A stretch of 64,000 nt of DNA from Moniliella sp. 'wahieum' (taxonomy: Eukaryota): the NCBI GenBank assembly GCA_003971905.1, contig RSEE01000078.1, forward strand, positions 186,001-250,000, given 5' to 3'. The notes under the pieces were generated by a model. That model saw nothing but the letters and a program-made list of their open reading frames with translations. It had not been told where the DNA came from and did no database searches. Shown here in pieces: positions 51,084 to 62,886 of the stretch. The number at the start of each line of letters is the position of its first letter. The stretch's first letter is position 1. The translations under genes were made by a program, and so were the position numbers.

Positions 51084-51677
51084 CAAGTACAAAGCTGGGG
51101 CGAAGCCCCAGCTGACCGGGCCGTAGGCCCGGTGGTCTCCTCGTATATACTCATTGAAAAGAGATGTGCATGCGATTGAAACGCACTACTGTATATTAGT
51201 ATTACTGGGCCTGCTTGCTGTACTTTTGGTTGTCGTGCTTCTCCTTCTCCTTCTCTTCGATATATGCCGGGTGATGTATATACCGCGAGCTTTTACGGTT
51301 CACACCAGCGGCGAGCGCCATAGCGTAGCGAGACGTCTTGATGCACGCACTATGAAGACAGCAACAGCGGCTGCTGAAGCAAACTGTATGAAAGAATCAT
51401 GTAAAGGCGACCTACTGGGGTGCGAGATGGGCTTTGGTGCTACGAAGCAGGTGATGGTAGTTAGACAGAAGAAGATACTATTACTTGTCCCTAGAAGACG
51501 TGGCTACGCCCATGCCACATGAGCCTCCAAGAGTCCGCAGAGCCTCGGGCCTACTGTGTGGAGAGGGATTCAGAGTGGGGCTGCTAACTATGCGGCTTCG
51601 TCTCTGGCTATACGCAACGAACCATGACCTTTTCCCAGCCTCCAAGGATTGAGCTGGAGCAAGGGGGCAAATGATAG

Positions 51678-52055
51678 ATGGTACCGAATTATAGCGAAAC
51701 GAGTCGGCGATTCTTTGGAGAGGTTGCCGTTGCCAACAGTTATCCCCTCTATATGGATCAGAGAGATATTACACTTTTTACCTGGTTTGACGATCGGCTG
51801 AGCTACGAGTTGGGCAAAGGCAAGCTGCATCCACCTGGGAACATGGGGGGGGGTGCGAATGCTCTCCTCCTAGCTTGTGGGTGGGATGACACGATGTTGG
51901 CTTTGTTGGGTACTTTCCACCAGACTGAGGGTGTCGTGGCAACAATGGCAAAACGCCTGGCCTTGCGTGCCCGCCGTGAGTGGCCTGAGTTTGGCGTTTT
52001 GTCCACCGAGCACAATATACGTGGTCACCAAAAGCAAATGTATCTCTGGCTGTAG
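51678..52055 (+). CDS. Short hypothetical ORF or gene remnant
   Basis: ATG-initiated 125-aa ORF with globular-looking composition in a lower-GC island. No homology recognised. Confidence 0.25.
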   Translation: MVPNYSETSRRFFGEVAVANSYPLYMDQRDITLFTWFDDRLSYELGKGKLHPPGNMGGGANALLLACGWDDTMLALLGTFHQTEGVVATMAKRLALRARREWPEFGVLSTEHNIRGHQKQMYLWL

Positions 52056-52334
52056 TCTCGCGCGCCAGCTCATATATATAGGATGTGTACTGCCCGATGA
52101 GGCTTGGGCTTGAAGGCAACGAGGGAGCAAGTACTACGCCCGATAACTGTGAATGTTTGGGAGGTTTGCGGAAGACATGCATAAGACGAACGTGAGGGTA
52201 GGCTCTTATAAGGGGTTAAGCTTTAAGCTGGTTCAAAGCTGATCAAGGCCAAAAAGTGGATTTTTTTTAAGAGTTTGAAAAAATGTTGTCCCAAGCCCCA
52301 GAATCCGCCGAGTCGACGAGGGCGCTAAGCCAGT

Positions 52335-54224
52335 TTAGCTCACAAACGCATCGGGGGGAATTGTATTGGCTGCCTGCAGCTGCAAGAAGTTGACCTTGGC
52401 CGCATCATAGTTCCACTCGTTTTGCGAGAGGCACATAAGCGAGAACTCGGCGTTCATCCGTGTCTCGGAGCCAAGGCGGACCACCATGGCCTGTTGTTCG
52501 GGTGTCAAGCCAGCGGCTGGGGATGGGGCAGCCACAGCGGCAACTGGTCCGGCGGGAGCGGCTTGCTGAGGAGCCCAAGCATCTGTGCCTGCGTATTGCC
52601 GGAGACAGAGCTCGTCACTCAAGATGGTGCATGGCCAACCAGCTGCGAGCCGGTGATCCGGGCGCAGCGGGAGCGACGAGAAAGGTGCGATCAAAGCTCC
52701 GGACGCCTCCCGACGTCACCCCTCCGTGAACTCACCATGAACATTGATGAAATAGTCCATCGGTTGCTCTGTCATCCCCGGTACAGGCGGGCGAGTGGAA
52801 GGGATGGTCCAAGCATCGAAAACAAACTTGGTCGGGTCCGTGTCGGGTGGCGAGTTTGAGGGAGGCGTCGCAAGAATTTGACAATGCTGTCAGGGCCCAC
52901 GTGCAAGCCACGAGAGGGCGAGGCGGCCCCCAAACGCATGATATCGTGTTGTTGGAGATCACCGAACACATCGTTCCGCAACGACTTTTGGCGTTCATCG
53001 AGTTCAAGATCCGGCCGCCTTGGCCCGGCGGGGGAGGTGAGATGTACATGTAGCTGAACACTGCTTGAGCGTCGTACACAGGCCTCAGAGAGTCCACATT
53101 GGTGTCCGTGGTGTTCATGAACCTAGTGTGGCAGGGTTAGTAGGGAGGAAACGAGAGGGTGGAAGTTGGCAAACTCACTTGTCGAGGAAGGTGGACACGG
53201 TGGAGTCTGTGTCCAACGGGGGAAAACAAATGATGGTTGGGTGCTGAGGGGGATAGGGATAGGGGGTATGCCCAAAGTGGGCAGCGATGTAGCAGCAGTG
53301 CTCGTCTTCTTATTGGCGCTGGGGAGTTGAGACGCGACTTGTTGGGCTGCGGTACGCTCAACCGGCTTGAAGTCAAGGAGGTGAGTGAGGGGAACTTGAC
53401 CAACACCTCTTGACGATACCCGCCTCATTTCCCGGCGGCCTCCGACGTTTGCTGGACAGGATTGCCGACCAAGACGAGCTCGGAGAGGGAGTGAAGATTC
53501 TCCGGCCAAGTGTAGGTCCTTGGTCCACTTGATGTCGTTCCCCTGTAGCGACAGGGCATTGAGTTGGGGGGTATTCCGGCAATGGACTGATCGGAATGAG
53601 CGTCTTGAAGTTGTTGAACGCCAGAGACAGGGTCTGGATATTAGGGTACATTTCCTTAATCAGCTTAAGAGCGCTGCCGCCAGTGGGTAGATGCGCCCGG
53701 CGCGCCAGGAGGTTTGATCCCAGCCTGTTTCAGGATGGGGTCAGCGGCCATGTTCTCCAGATTGAGCGCCTTGCTGGACTCTTGCCAACGGGAACGCAAG
53801 TACTGCGCAGCGTTTCAATACGTCCAGAGAGCGCTGCAGTTTGCTTCCGCTTTTGGCGGAGCCACGCAGAGCAACGCCACGAACACGAGCAGCAAGCGCA
53901 GGATTGCTGCGGTTGCCAGGACGGGAGCTACCAGGGCGCAGGTCGCCTGAGGCTGTCTGATGGATGGAGAGATGTGTGAGTAGAAAAGGAGGAGCAATGG
54001 GGAGCGAATGATACGCACGGAGCGACGCTTGCCAGGGCGCGCAGTTGAAGCATCGCGCATGCCCACATCCTCGTTGATGCGTCGGATGAGGCGGTTGCGG
54101 CCGCCACCACCGCGCGCGCACCGCGGGCATTTCCGCGGGAACGAGTGGCCGACCCTCCTCTGGTCCCGGCCACCGCATCCGCAGAAGGGGCGGCGGAGGC
54201 GTCTGGGAGGCGCGAGAAAGACAT
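52335..54224 (-). CDS. MEX67: mRNA export receptor Mex67/NXF1
   Basis: RG-rich N-terminus; LRR 'ALNLENMAADPILK...YPNIQTLSLAFNNF...LSLQGNDI...ELVLVGNPV..FPSLTSL'; NTF2-like 'LRPVYDAQAVFSY...WPCTILSDELCLR'; TAP-C/UBA 'TRMNAEFSLMCLSQNEWNYDAAKVNF...IPPDAF'. Confidence 0.93.
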
Positions 54225-54612
54225 CGGGGGTTGGAGGGAGGAAGAGCGAAGTGGTGGCGGCCGTCGCGAACCAAATCACGACGTCGGTCACTGCATAGGC
54301 TGGGCGCCCAAACGAAATAAAGTAGGCGCGTTACATAAGCACACGCCCCACTGCTCCAGTGTGCCAGCTGGGGCCAGCATGCGGCAGCGACCGGCTGTTG
54401 CGACTTGAAATTGCAAGTGCTCTGCTGCGCTGCTTCCTGTTGCTTCCCGCTCGCATTTCGGCCCTCGGCCTACATCCTCCCAGGCACTCCTACTCCTACG
54501 CACCCTCTGCTCACGCTCACTTCACTTCGCTCGGTATGGTCAGAGCGGGGTATAGTGTTTTCTGTGCGAATACAACTTCAACCCGAACCTCATTAAGCCT
54601 TGGCCTTAGTCC

Positions 54613-55758
54613 TTATTCTTTCTGCAGAAGAAGCACTTCCCGCCCGGGCGCAGCATGGTTCCGCATCTCGGGTGCAGTACGGCCGACGAGGCGGAAACCC
54701 CGTTGTTCCAGCAGAGGAACGATCTGGTCCGGTTTACTCCTGCAGAGGCGTTGCTGCCAGGCTTTGCGCACACCTGTCGGCAGCTCCTTCGTGCGCTCGT
54801 AGCTGTTGGTGCCATGCGGCTCCAACAAAGCACCCGCCATGGGGAGCATGCTGGCGCATCGATCAAATAGATCCAACAGGCCTTGATCACCATGATGACA
54901 TGGATCCACTTTGTCAAGGAAAGGCTGAACAATGTCAGTATCTCTGCTTTTGCCAGAGCGCAAGACATACCAGACAATGAGATCGTACATCTCTCCATCA
55001 TCGCACCACTTTCTCCTTTGATGTGGCGTGGTATCCATTACGTCCGCAACAACAAAATGGCAGTTGGTTGGGAAGGAGGGGTGAGGGTCACGGCTGCCGG
55101 AGGGCAGGTCCGATGTGAAGTCGATTTTGTGTCGGGGAACGCCCTCCTCTGAAACTGGGAAGGATAACTACCCAACAGTGCAGGGAAACATGCTGGGAAA
55201 AAACGCATATCGGCCAGGGCTTGTGAGTTGCTGGTGTCGAGAGGTCCGTAGGAGGTGCGGTCTGCTCGGTGTGTGAGCGAGGAAGATCTGCGCGCTCGTT
55301 TTCTTGACCGGTTAATCTCTCGTCCAAAAATTGCGGAGGAGGAGGTACCGCTCATCCCATTCTCGGGTTGGACGACGGCGCGACCAAGCGTAGCGCAACG
55401 AGTTCTTAGCTTGGCGGATCAGCTCAGCGTCGAGGTCAATGCCAACCACCTTGGAGGGTATGGGGGAGAGCAAGGAAGCTGAACGTACGTCGGTCACTTG
55501 CTTGGCTTCGTGCACAGAAGAAAACATACCAAGTTGGACAGTCACACGACCTGAGTTGCACCCGATGTCGAGGACGCGTCGGATAGGTGGGGGGTCGGGC
55601 CGGCAGGAAGGCAAACAGACTATGCAGGCGGGGGTCCTGCTGCGCGGCATGAGGTCCGAGATTGCGCTTGAGGTAGTAGGCTCGATAGTTGCCGTACACA
55701 GGCCTAGAATCGGGTGTAGAATTGTACGGGTGTGTCCCACTCCGTGCAGGATGGACAT
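54613..55758 (-). CDS. BIN3: Bin3/BCDIN3/MePCE-family RNA methylphosphate capping methyltransferase (Bmc1-like)
   Basis: 'VYGNYRAYY...DPRL'; SAM motif 'VLDIGCNSGRVT'; 'VVGIDLDAELIRQA'; 'YDLIVC|LSLTKWIH..HGDQGLLDLF'. Introns 55529..55479 and 54970..54925. Start could be as far upstream as 55900. Confidence 0.9.
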
Positions 55759-56432
55759 GAGATGGAGAATGGAAGTTGAAGTGGAGAAGCTGGCAGATGA
55801 AGGATCGTTGGTGGTCGCGTGGGGGGGGGATTGCAGAACCTACTAGGCGACGCGGGAAAAGTGTGATGACATGAACACCCAGGGAGGTGACCGGTGACAT
55901 GTGGCAAGAAATATTTCAGGCAATGGCCTGCATATCGGCCAGCAGGACGCGTGCGGGCGCATGTGACAATTTCCCGCGATTGTGACAGTAGTGACTTCAG
56001 CAGCAGGGCTGGTTAGTGCCTGGGACTAGCTAGTGGGACCGGTGACCTAGTAGCCCCGCGAGGAGTCCTTGGATGGGATCCACCCTGGTCCCCCGGGAAA
56101 AATGCGATCCTCCATTGGGATCGATCGCGCACTGCTGGCTGCCGCCAGTGCGATGCAAGCGTTGAGCGCGCGCCAGCCTTCGGCAAAAACATGGCGCCGC
56201 TGGGTGTTGATCGTGTTGGGACAATACGCTGCCTCTGTGCCGATGTAGCTCCAGCAGCGCGCATTCCTGCACAGCGCGAGTCTCAGGAACCTGGGCCATT
56301 CACCGCGGGTCTACTATCGAACCTTGGCAGCATATTGACACGGTCATAAGACGAGGTAAGACTGCTGTTGTTTCCTTGAGCTGCCCCACCACCACCTGCT
56401 CGCGTCCACCCTCCGCCTTGCTTCCAGCTCCT

Positions 56433-59256
56433 ATGGCGCCCGACGCTGACGCTATGCCCCCCGCGGGGCACACCGTCTCGGGCCCATCCTTGCTCTCCTC
56501 CGACTTGCGTCGGCCATCGGCTACCAGCAACCTCCCAGACAGTAGCCAGGATCGCAGGCCTTCAGCGGGCACCAGTGATGCTGATATGGATCAGCGCCCT
56601 GCATCGCTCACGCCCGGTAGTCGGCGGCAGAGTGCGCGTGGCAGGCCGCTCAGCTCTGCTACGGGGCTCGCCTCGCTTCACCACGCACCCACCCTTTCCC
56701 GCAGCCGCAGTGGCCGCACCAGTCTCCGCCATCCTCCAAGCCGTTCTGCCTCCGCGGTGCGAGTGAGGCGCCGGAGCCCTTTGTCCCCCCTCTGATTGCA
56801 GATGTCAAGCCCGAACCCGGCGTCCCACCCATTCCCTGGATCCCGTTTGCTGTGGTCAACTGCATTGTCTTTGGCGAGTTTCTTCTCTCTGGAGTGGCGG
56901 GTCCTTTTTTGTTTAGCATGATTCACGATATTGAACCGGAGATGGACGATGCCTCGGCGGCCACTTGGGCTGGTGTTATCGCTGCGGGATTTTTCTTTTC
57001 CCAATTTCTTACCTCGCTCCTCTGGTCTGCCTTGGCCGATCGATACGGTCGCCGGATTGTCCTATTTACCTCGGCACTAGGCTCGACGATAAGTGTGTGC
57101 TTTATGGTGTTTCCCCCACTCTGGGCTTCGCCTTGTCCATGAGGCTTATCCAGGGCTTTTTTAATGGTGCCGTTGGTGTAGCCAAGGGGGCTGTTCGGTA
57201 CGTACCTCACTCTTTTCGCCGTTCTGTTATCGCTCTGACAGGTACAATCGTAATCAGTGACTTGACCGTACCGGCGAATGAAGCCCAAGCATTTGCAGTC
57301 CTTGGCTTTTGGTGGGGCATGGGGGGGATCGTCGGGTAAGTATCTTGAAGCTTGACATCTCGTTAGCACGACCATTTGAGGATGACTGACGAACGTTGTG
57401 TCTGACTATATTCACCAGCCCATCTTGGGTGGCCTACTCGAGCACCCAGTGCAAAAATATCCCTTTTTGTTTGGCGGGATCCCCCTTCTCAAGACCTACC
57501 CTTATCTTCTTCCTTGCCTCGCATCTGCTGTCTGTTCCTTCGCCGGGGCAGCGCTTGCGGTGTTCACCGGCCCCAACGGGGGGGTGCGGGGAGAGGTTTT
57601 CCCTCCCGCCATTGTTGCCGGAGAGGAGGGAAGAAGTCGAGCCTACTGGAGACACTGAGGGTGCCTTGTCCCGTCGTGGCAGCTACGCCCCAAGCGAGGG
57701 CACGGTTGTCACCATTACCCATCAACCCTCCCGCCCCAGAGGGCTGTCGAGCACAAGTTATGCCAGTCATGGTTTCTATCCCGGTCACCGGGGCTCGATC
57801 ATGTCTCGCTCTAATTTGCGTCGTCAGGCCATCACCTCTGCTTTTGGTGGATCAATGAGTTACCGTCCCGCTTCCCAGGCCGTTGGTGGAGATGAGAATG
57901 ACGAAGGGGCCGAGGATGTGGAATCAGCGGCGGTGGGGCAGATTGCCCGTCCTCCGAGGTTATCTTTTGTTCAACGCTTTGTTTTGGCCAACGACGATGG
58001 CGTCCATACGCTTTCAGATCTCTGGGTGGCATCCGCCATTAACGGAGAGGAAGCGATGGATGATGTATTCTTGGATGACGAGGATGAGGAATCTGCACTG
58101 GACGAAGGGCAGGGGTCGGGTCGTCCCAACTCGTCCACCGGGGCCGATTCGGAACACGACAACCCCACGGGGGAGGAAACTGCGCTTCTCTCTGCCCGGG
58201 GGGACAGCTTTGCCCCCCGTAGGCCCAGCAACTTGACGTCGATGATCGCCCCTTCGGAGGACCCTGGAAGTAGCATGATGGGCGCACAGCCCGGCATGGG
58301 GAGTATGTTCCGCAACCGCCGAAAAGTACCTTGAGCGCAGCACGGATCCCAAGCATCTATCGTTTCTCGGGCCTGGATCGACCTTGGTCCCAGTATCGGG
58401 CACCTTCTTTTGCTGGCCGGTCGGGTATCAGTGTTCCTCCCGTTGATGACCCGGGGCCAAGCACCGGCATTGCGGGGGATAGTGGGATTAGTTTCGCCCG
58501 GACAGAGACCCGCGGGGGTTGGCCGGGATCCCGGAACGCGGAAGCAAGTATGGTACGATCGGGGAGGAGGGCGGTCCCTCTGCGGAAAGCACTGGGAATG
58601 CAAGTGGTAGCGTGGGCATGTCCTTGTTTGCGGTGTTGCCGCTGTATACGATTGTCCACTACGGAGTGGTCGGATTCCATTCGTCCACCTTTGACCAAGT
58701 CTTTCTCTCTTTCTTGGTCGCGCCGGTGGAGAATGGAGGCCTGGGCATGACAGCGGCGCATTACGCTGAACTGATCGCATTTATGGCTTTCTGCCAGCTA
58801 GGCTTCCAGTTCTATCTCTACCTTGGCTGGGGCCGCCCCATGGACGGCTCACACACCTTGGTATGCTTCGCCTGGGCCTTGTGCTCTATCTGCCCACCTA
58901 CACTCTCTTCCCGGTCCTGCGCGCCTTCCTGCACCCCTGGACGGAGGATGGGGTGATGGCGGCCATGGTGTTTTTTCGGGGATGCGCTACTTGGCCAACA
59001 TTTGCGCTTACACGGCAGTGTCGATCTTGATGAATGCGCTTACCCCGCCCCATCTGGTGCCGTTGGCCAATGGGCTGGCCCAGACGTGTCCTCGGCGGCG
59101 CGGTTCATTGGACCGCTGGTCGGTGGGATCGTATGGGGGATGTCGATCGAGGGAGGGCCGGAAGCCCATCCCTGGCCGTTCAACTTCCACCTGGGCTTCT
59201 GGCTGGTGGGCCTGCTTGGATTCGGTGGGTTTGTGCAATCGTGGTGGATTCGCTGA
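56433..59256 (+). CDS. MFS transporter (YCR023C/ZIFL-like) with a very long central loop
   Basis: MFS motif A 'LWSALADRYGRRIVL'; 'RLIQGFFNGAVGVAKGAV'; 'GGIVG|PILGGLLEHP..YPYLLPC'; C-half 'ANGLAQ..SSAARFIGPLVGG'. Introns starting at ~57198 and 57335. Confidence 0.9.
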
Positions 59257-60128
59257 GCGCGAACAGAGGGATGGAAACAGTCGTCCGTCGACCCAGCTCC
59301 TGCCCCGTTTTCCCCCAGCGAGCTAGCTGTGGGCTACGCCATGACGCTGCATGTGCTGTGGCTTCTCCTTAGCAATCATTAATCAGGGGCTGTCCTCGTG
59401 TGCTGATTAATGATTGGCAGTCGGCTGTCGGTGTGGCGCAGGAGCGTGTGCGTGCTTCCCTATGCTTGAATGCAATTCCAGTCGGCCGATGAGATGGGAG
59501 AGCATAGTAGGTTCAGACGTTGAGCGCACCTGAGGCGCTGAGGTATGAGGGTCTGAGGTGGGAGGGCCGGGCGGCCAGGATGCGCTAGCCAATACCGAGC
59601 GTGCGTTGCCGCGTGAGTCGGTGCAACGCCAAGGTGCTGGCGGGTGCTGCTGCGCGGCGGCCACCAAGTACCAAGCACGCTTCGGCTGCGAGGATTGGAT
59701 GGTTCGATGATTCGCTGCTTGGCTGATCAGACGATCGCATCAAATACTGGTGAGGTGACCGGTGAGGCGACCAGTGAGGGCTCGGAGGCTAGGGTTGCGG
59801 CGCCCCCCTCCTGGCCACTGTCGGGGCAGAGGCGACAGGCGCGGCTGGGAGAGTGCTCGGGTGCGCGGTGCGGCGGGCGGTGGCCCCTGTCTGCGTGGGC
59901 ATGCCGCCTGTGCTGGCCAGGGGCAGCAGGCGCGGGCAGGGAGGGTGTGCTGACGTCAGCGGCCGGGTGGCAGCGGGCAGATGGTAGGCGGGGCGTCGGC
60001 TGGCGTCGGCGTGCCTGCGGGCAGCGCTGCGGCACGCCTTGGGCCGTCGCCTGTCTTTCTTTGCTCGCCGCCGCCGCGCCCCGCCGGCCCCCGACCCCCC
60101 CACCCTCCCCCCCCTCTTGCCCCCCGCC

Positions 60129-61889
60129 ATGGTTGCCACGGCTGCCCCCGTCGCCAGCTTCGGCGCCCTGTCGCTTGGCCCTGGCCCAGCGCCCGCGCCA
60201 GCGTCCGTCGCGCCATCCACGTCCGCATCCGCATCCGCCTCCGCCCAAGCGTCCGCGCCCGCTCCCCCCCATCTGCATCCGCCTCGGCCTCCGCACCCCC
60301 TGCCGTGGTGCGTCCACCTCCGCCACACCAGCCTCAACCGCCACCTTCCCCCCCGTTTCTTCTCTCTCTCCGCCCCCGTCGACTCAGACGATGAAGAGGA
60401 CGACGAGGACGACGACCCCCGTCCCGCTGCTCCCAGCACCAGTCTCCCTCCCGGCGCCGATCTCCAGCACGAGACGACCGTCAAGGCTGGCTACCTGTAC
60501 AAAAAGGGAGAGAAGCGCAAGACATGGAAAAAGCGCTGGTTCGTCCTTCGCTCCTCCCGCTTGGCGTACTACAAGAACGACAAGGAGTACCAGCTCCTCC
60601 GCCTGATCGACATGGCCGATGTGCACAGCGTTACCGCTGTCGATCTCAAGCGCAACCAGAACGGGTTTGGCATCGTCACTCCCAAGCGCACCTTCTATAT
60701 CAAGGCTGCCAGCGAGGCCGACATGCTGGACTGGGTCACCAAACTCGACCAAGTCAGGCGCGCCATGGTCGAGCAATCGACTGACGACGGGTTTGACTAC
60801 GACGTTTACGATGATCTAACCCACGCTACCGCGTCCGCTGTACCAGCAGCCATACCGAGTGCCCCTCTCGTCTACCCAGCTCTCCGGGCAATGCCGATGT
60901 GCCGCAACCCATGCCTGCCAGGACACAACCCCTGCGGGCCCCGCCCCCTACCTCGACCAATTTTGCTCTCGCTCGATCCCCTGTCACGTCGGACAGTGAA
61001 GCCAGCGGTGTTGGCTATCTTGGGTCACGTCATGCCTCCCCTGATGTGGGATCAGCAACGCGCTTTGCTCCCATGGGCGATCTTTTAGCTCCCAACCCGC
61101 CCCTCACCGCTGCCCTGCCGTCTTGTCATCGTCTGAGGATGACTGGAACGAAGACGAAGTGCACCCTACCCATGCTCTGCCACTTCCCCGTGGTGCTCCT
61201 CGTGCGGCCGAACCTGGTTCGAGTGAGCTTCCGCCTCGCCCCACCCCTGTTGCTAGTGCAGAGGCCAACGCGGCGTTTCTGCGAGACCCAGCGCGGGTGT
61301 TACTGCAAGGGTACTTGCTGAAGCAAAGTGCAAGGCGGAAAGTCTGGCGCAAGCGCTGGTTTGTCCTTACCTCCTCCCAACTTTTGTGGGCTGGCAGCCA
61401 TATGGACACACGCACCAATCGTCGTTTGACGGTGGGAGATATGGTAGATGCGATTGAGTACGAACCTTCGTCGGGTGCTGGGCCGAGTGGCTCGGGTGGG
61501 GGGTCCTTGTCCATTTCTTCCTTGACCCACCCACATCGCCGGGAAGCAATTGGGTCCCCCAACGCGCTCTCGTCCAGCTACGGCTCCCCTTCCAGCTTTG
61601 CCCCCGATCAGACGGAGGAGTACACTCCGACCACACCCCATTCCACCTTGGGCTTCCTGGAACGCAGGTCGTCGATCATGAATGGCATCAGCCAAGGCGC
61701 GGCCAGTGCGATTGGGGCGGGAAACAAGAAACGACAAGAAAATTGTTTCCGGGTCATCACCCCCAAGAGGACTTTGCTTCTGTGTGCTCCCTCAGAGGAG
61801 GAGGAATCAAGTGGTTGTCAACGCTGCAAACGCTCTCGCGTGTACGGGATGCCCGCGCTCAGGAGCAGAGGCAAAAACGTGGCGCTTGA
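60129..61889 (+). CDS. OPY1: Tandem PH-domain protein (Opy1-like)
   Basis: PH1 'VKAGYLYKKGEKRKTWKKRWFVLRSSRLAYYK...FGIVTPKRTFYIKA..DWV'; PH2 'LQGYLLKQSARRKVWRKRWFVLT...NCFRVITPKRTLLLCAPSEEEEIKWL', with an insertion. Confidence 0.85.
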
Positions 61890-62886
61890 AGTCGCACTCT
61901 CACCCTCGACCCTCTTGGTTAACCCCCCCCCCCCCCCCCCCCTCCCCCTTTTCCTTCTCATCCTTGCGTCATTTGCGCAAAACTCTCTACCTCATTGGGC
62001 CTGCCTCTTTTCTGTCTGACTTGTACCCTTTCACCCCCCCCCCCACCTTTTTTTTTCAACCCCATCCCCCGATCCTTGAATCTAAAATCGTCATTGGGTC
62101 GCACCCTCTGTTGGAACTGCGCATAGCCTCTGGTAGGCTTGCGCATGACAGTATAGCACTTGCTCTTCGTTTCCCCTCGTATCCTACTCTCTCAGCCAGA
62201 TGTCCCTTCAATTTCTAACTGAAATGGGACGCCCCTTCTCCCTTCTTGCTGTCCAGCTGACTTGCCGACCGCGGGCCTATACTCTCGCTTTTTTGTTGGT
62301 GGTGACGATGAACGTTCGAGTCAGCCATTCGCTTTCTCCCTCTCGCGCCGGTTGCAACCATGAAGACGGTAAGGGGGGGGGGGGTCGAGATAGTTGCCGA
62401 TCACAGCGCAAGATCCGTCGCTCGGGCTTAGGGTTCCAAAGGGGTCCAAAAGGGCGATGCCGTATCATATACCAAGTGGCAAGATCCTAGTCATCCACTC
62501 GATCAAACACAAAAGCTAAGGTCCAACCTACGACGCAAAGGGAAGGGAAAGGAAGGGGGGGGCAGGGAACAGTCGAAAAGCAGTGGAGCAAAGAAAGAGC
62601 ATATGCGGGTCCAGTCGGGGACGATCGTGATATCAAGGGGTCCAGATGGCACCGTACTGAGGAACGTTGGCAGTTGCGGTGGGAAGCGATGAGGTGTATG
62701 GGTCATCCGAATCTATTGATTCGGGCGGGCTGGGGAGGCAGCAAAGGTGAGCCTCGCGCGGACCCGTTTCGGGAAGGACGAGGGGGAGGGGAAGTTTGAG
62801 GTCCAGGGAGACTCAGATACTTGTCGGACAAGAGGAGGCCAAGCGCGGGGAACGCCCAACCCCACCTGGCCCGTCCAAACGAGGAG

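Noticed and set aside
51081..51137. Hammerhead ribozyme in the twin-hairpin element
   Set aside because: CTGA is present, but the CUGANGA and GAAA core segments are not.
51154..51522. ORF with a strong hydrophobic stretch (possible membrane or secreted protein)
   Set aside because: Non-ATG start; the hydrophobicity derives from T/C-rich low-complexity DNA.
54600..55152. Plus-strand ORFs as a separate gene
   Set aside because: They are the antisense shadow of the well-supported minus-strand Bin3 gene.
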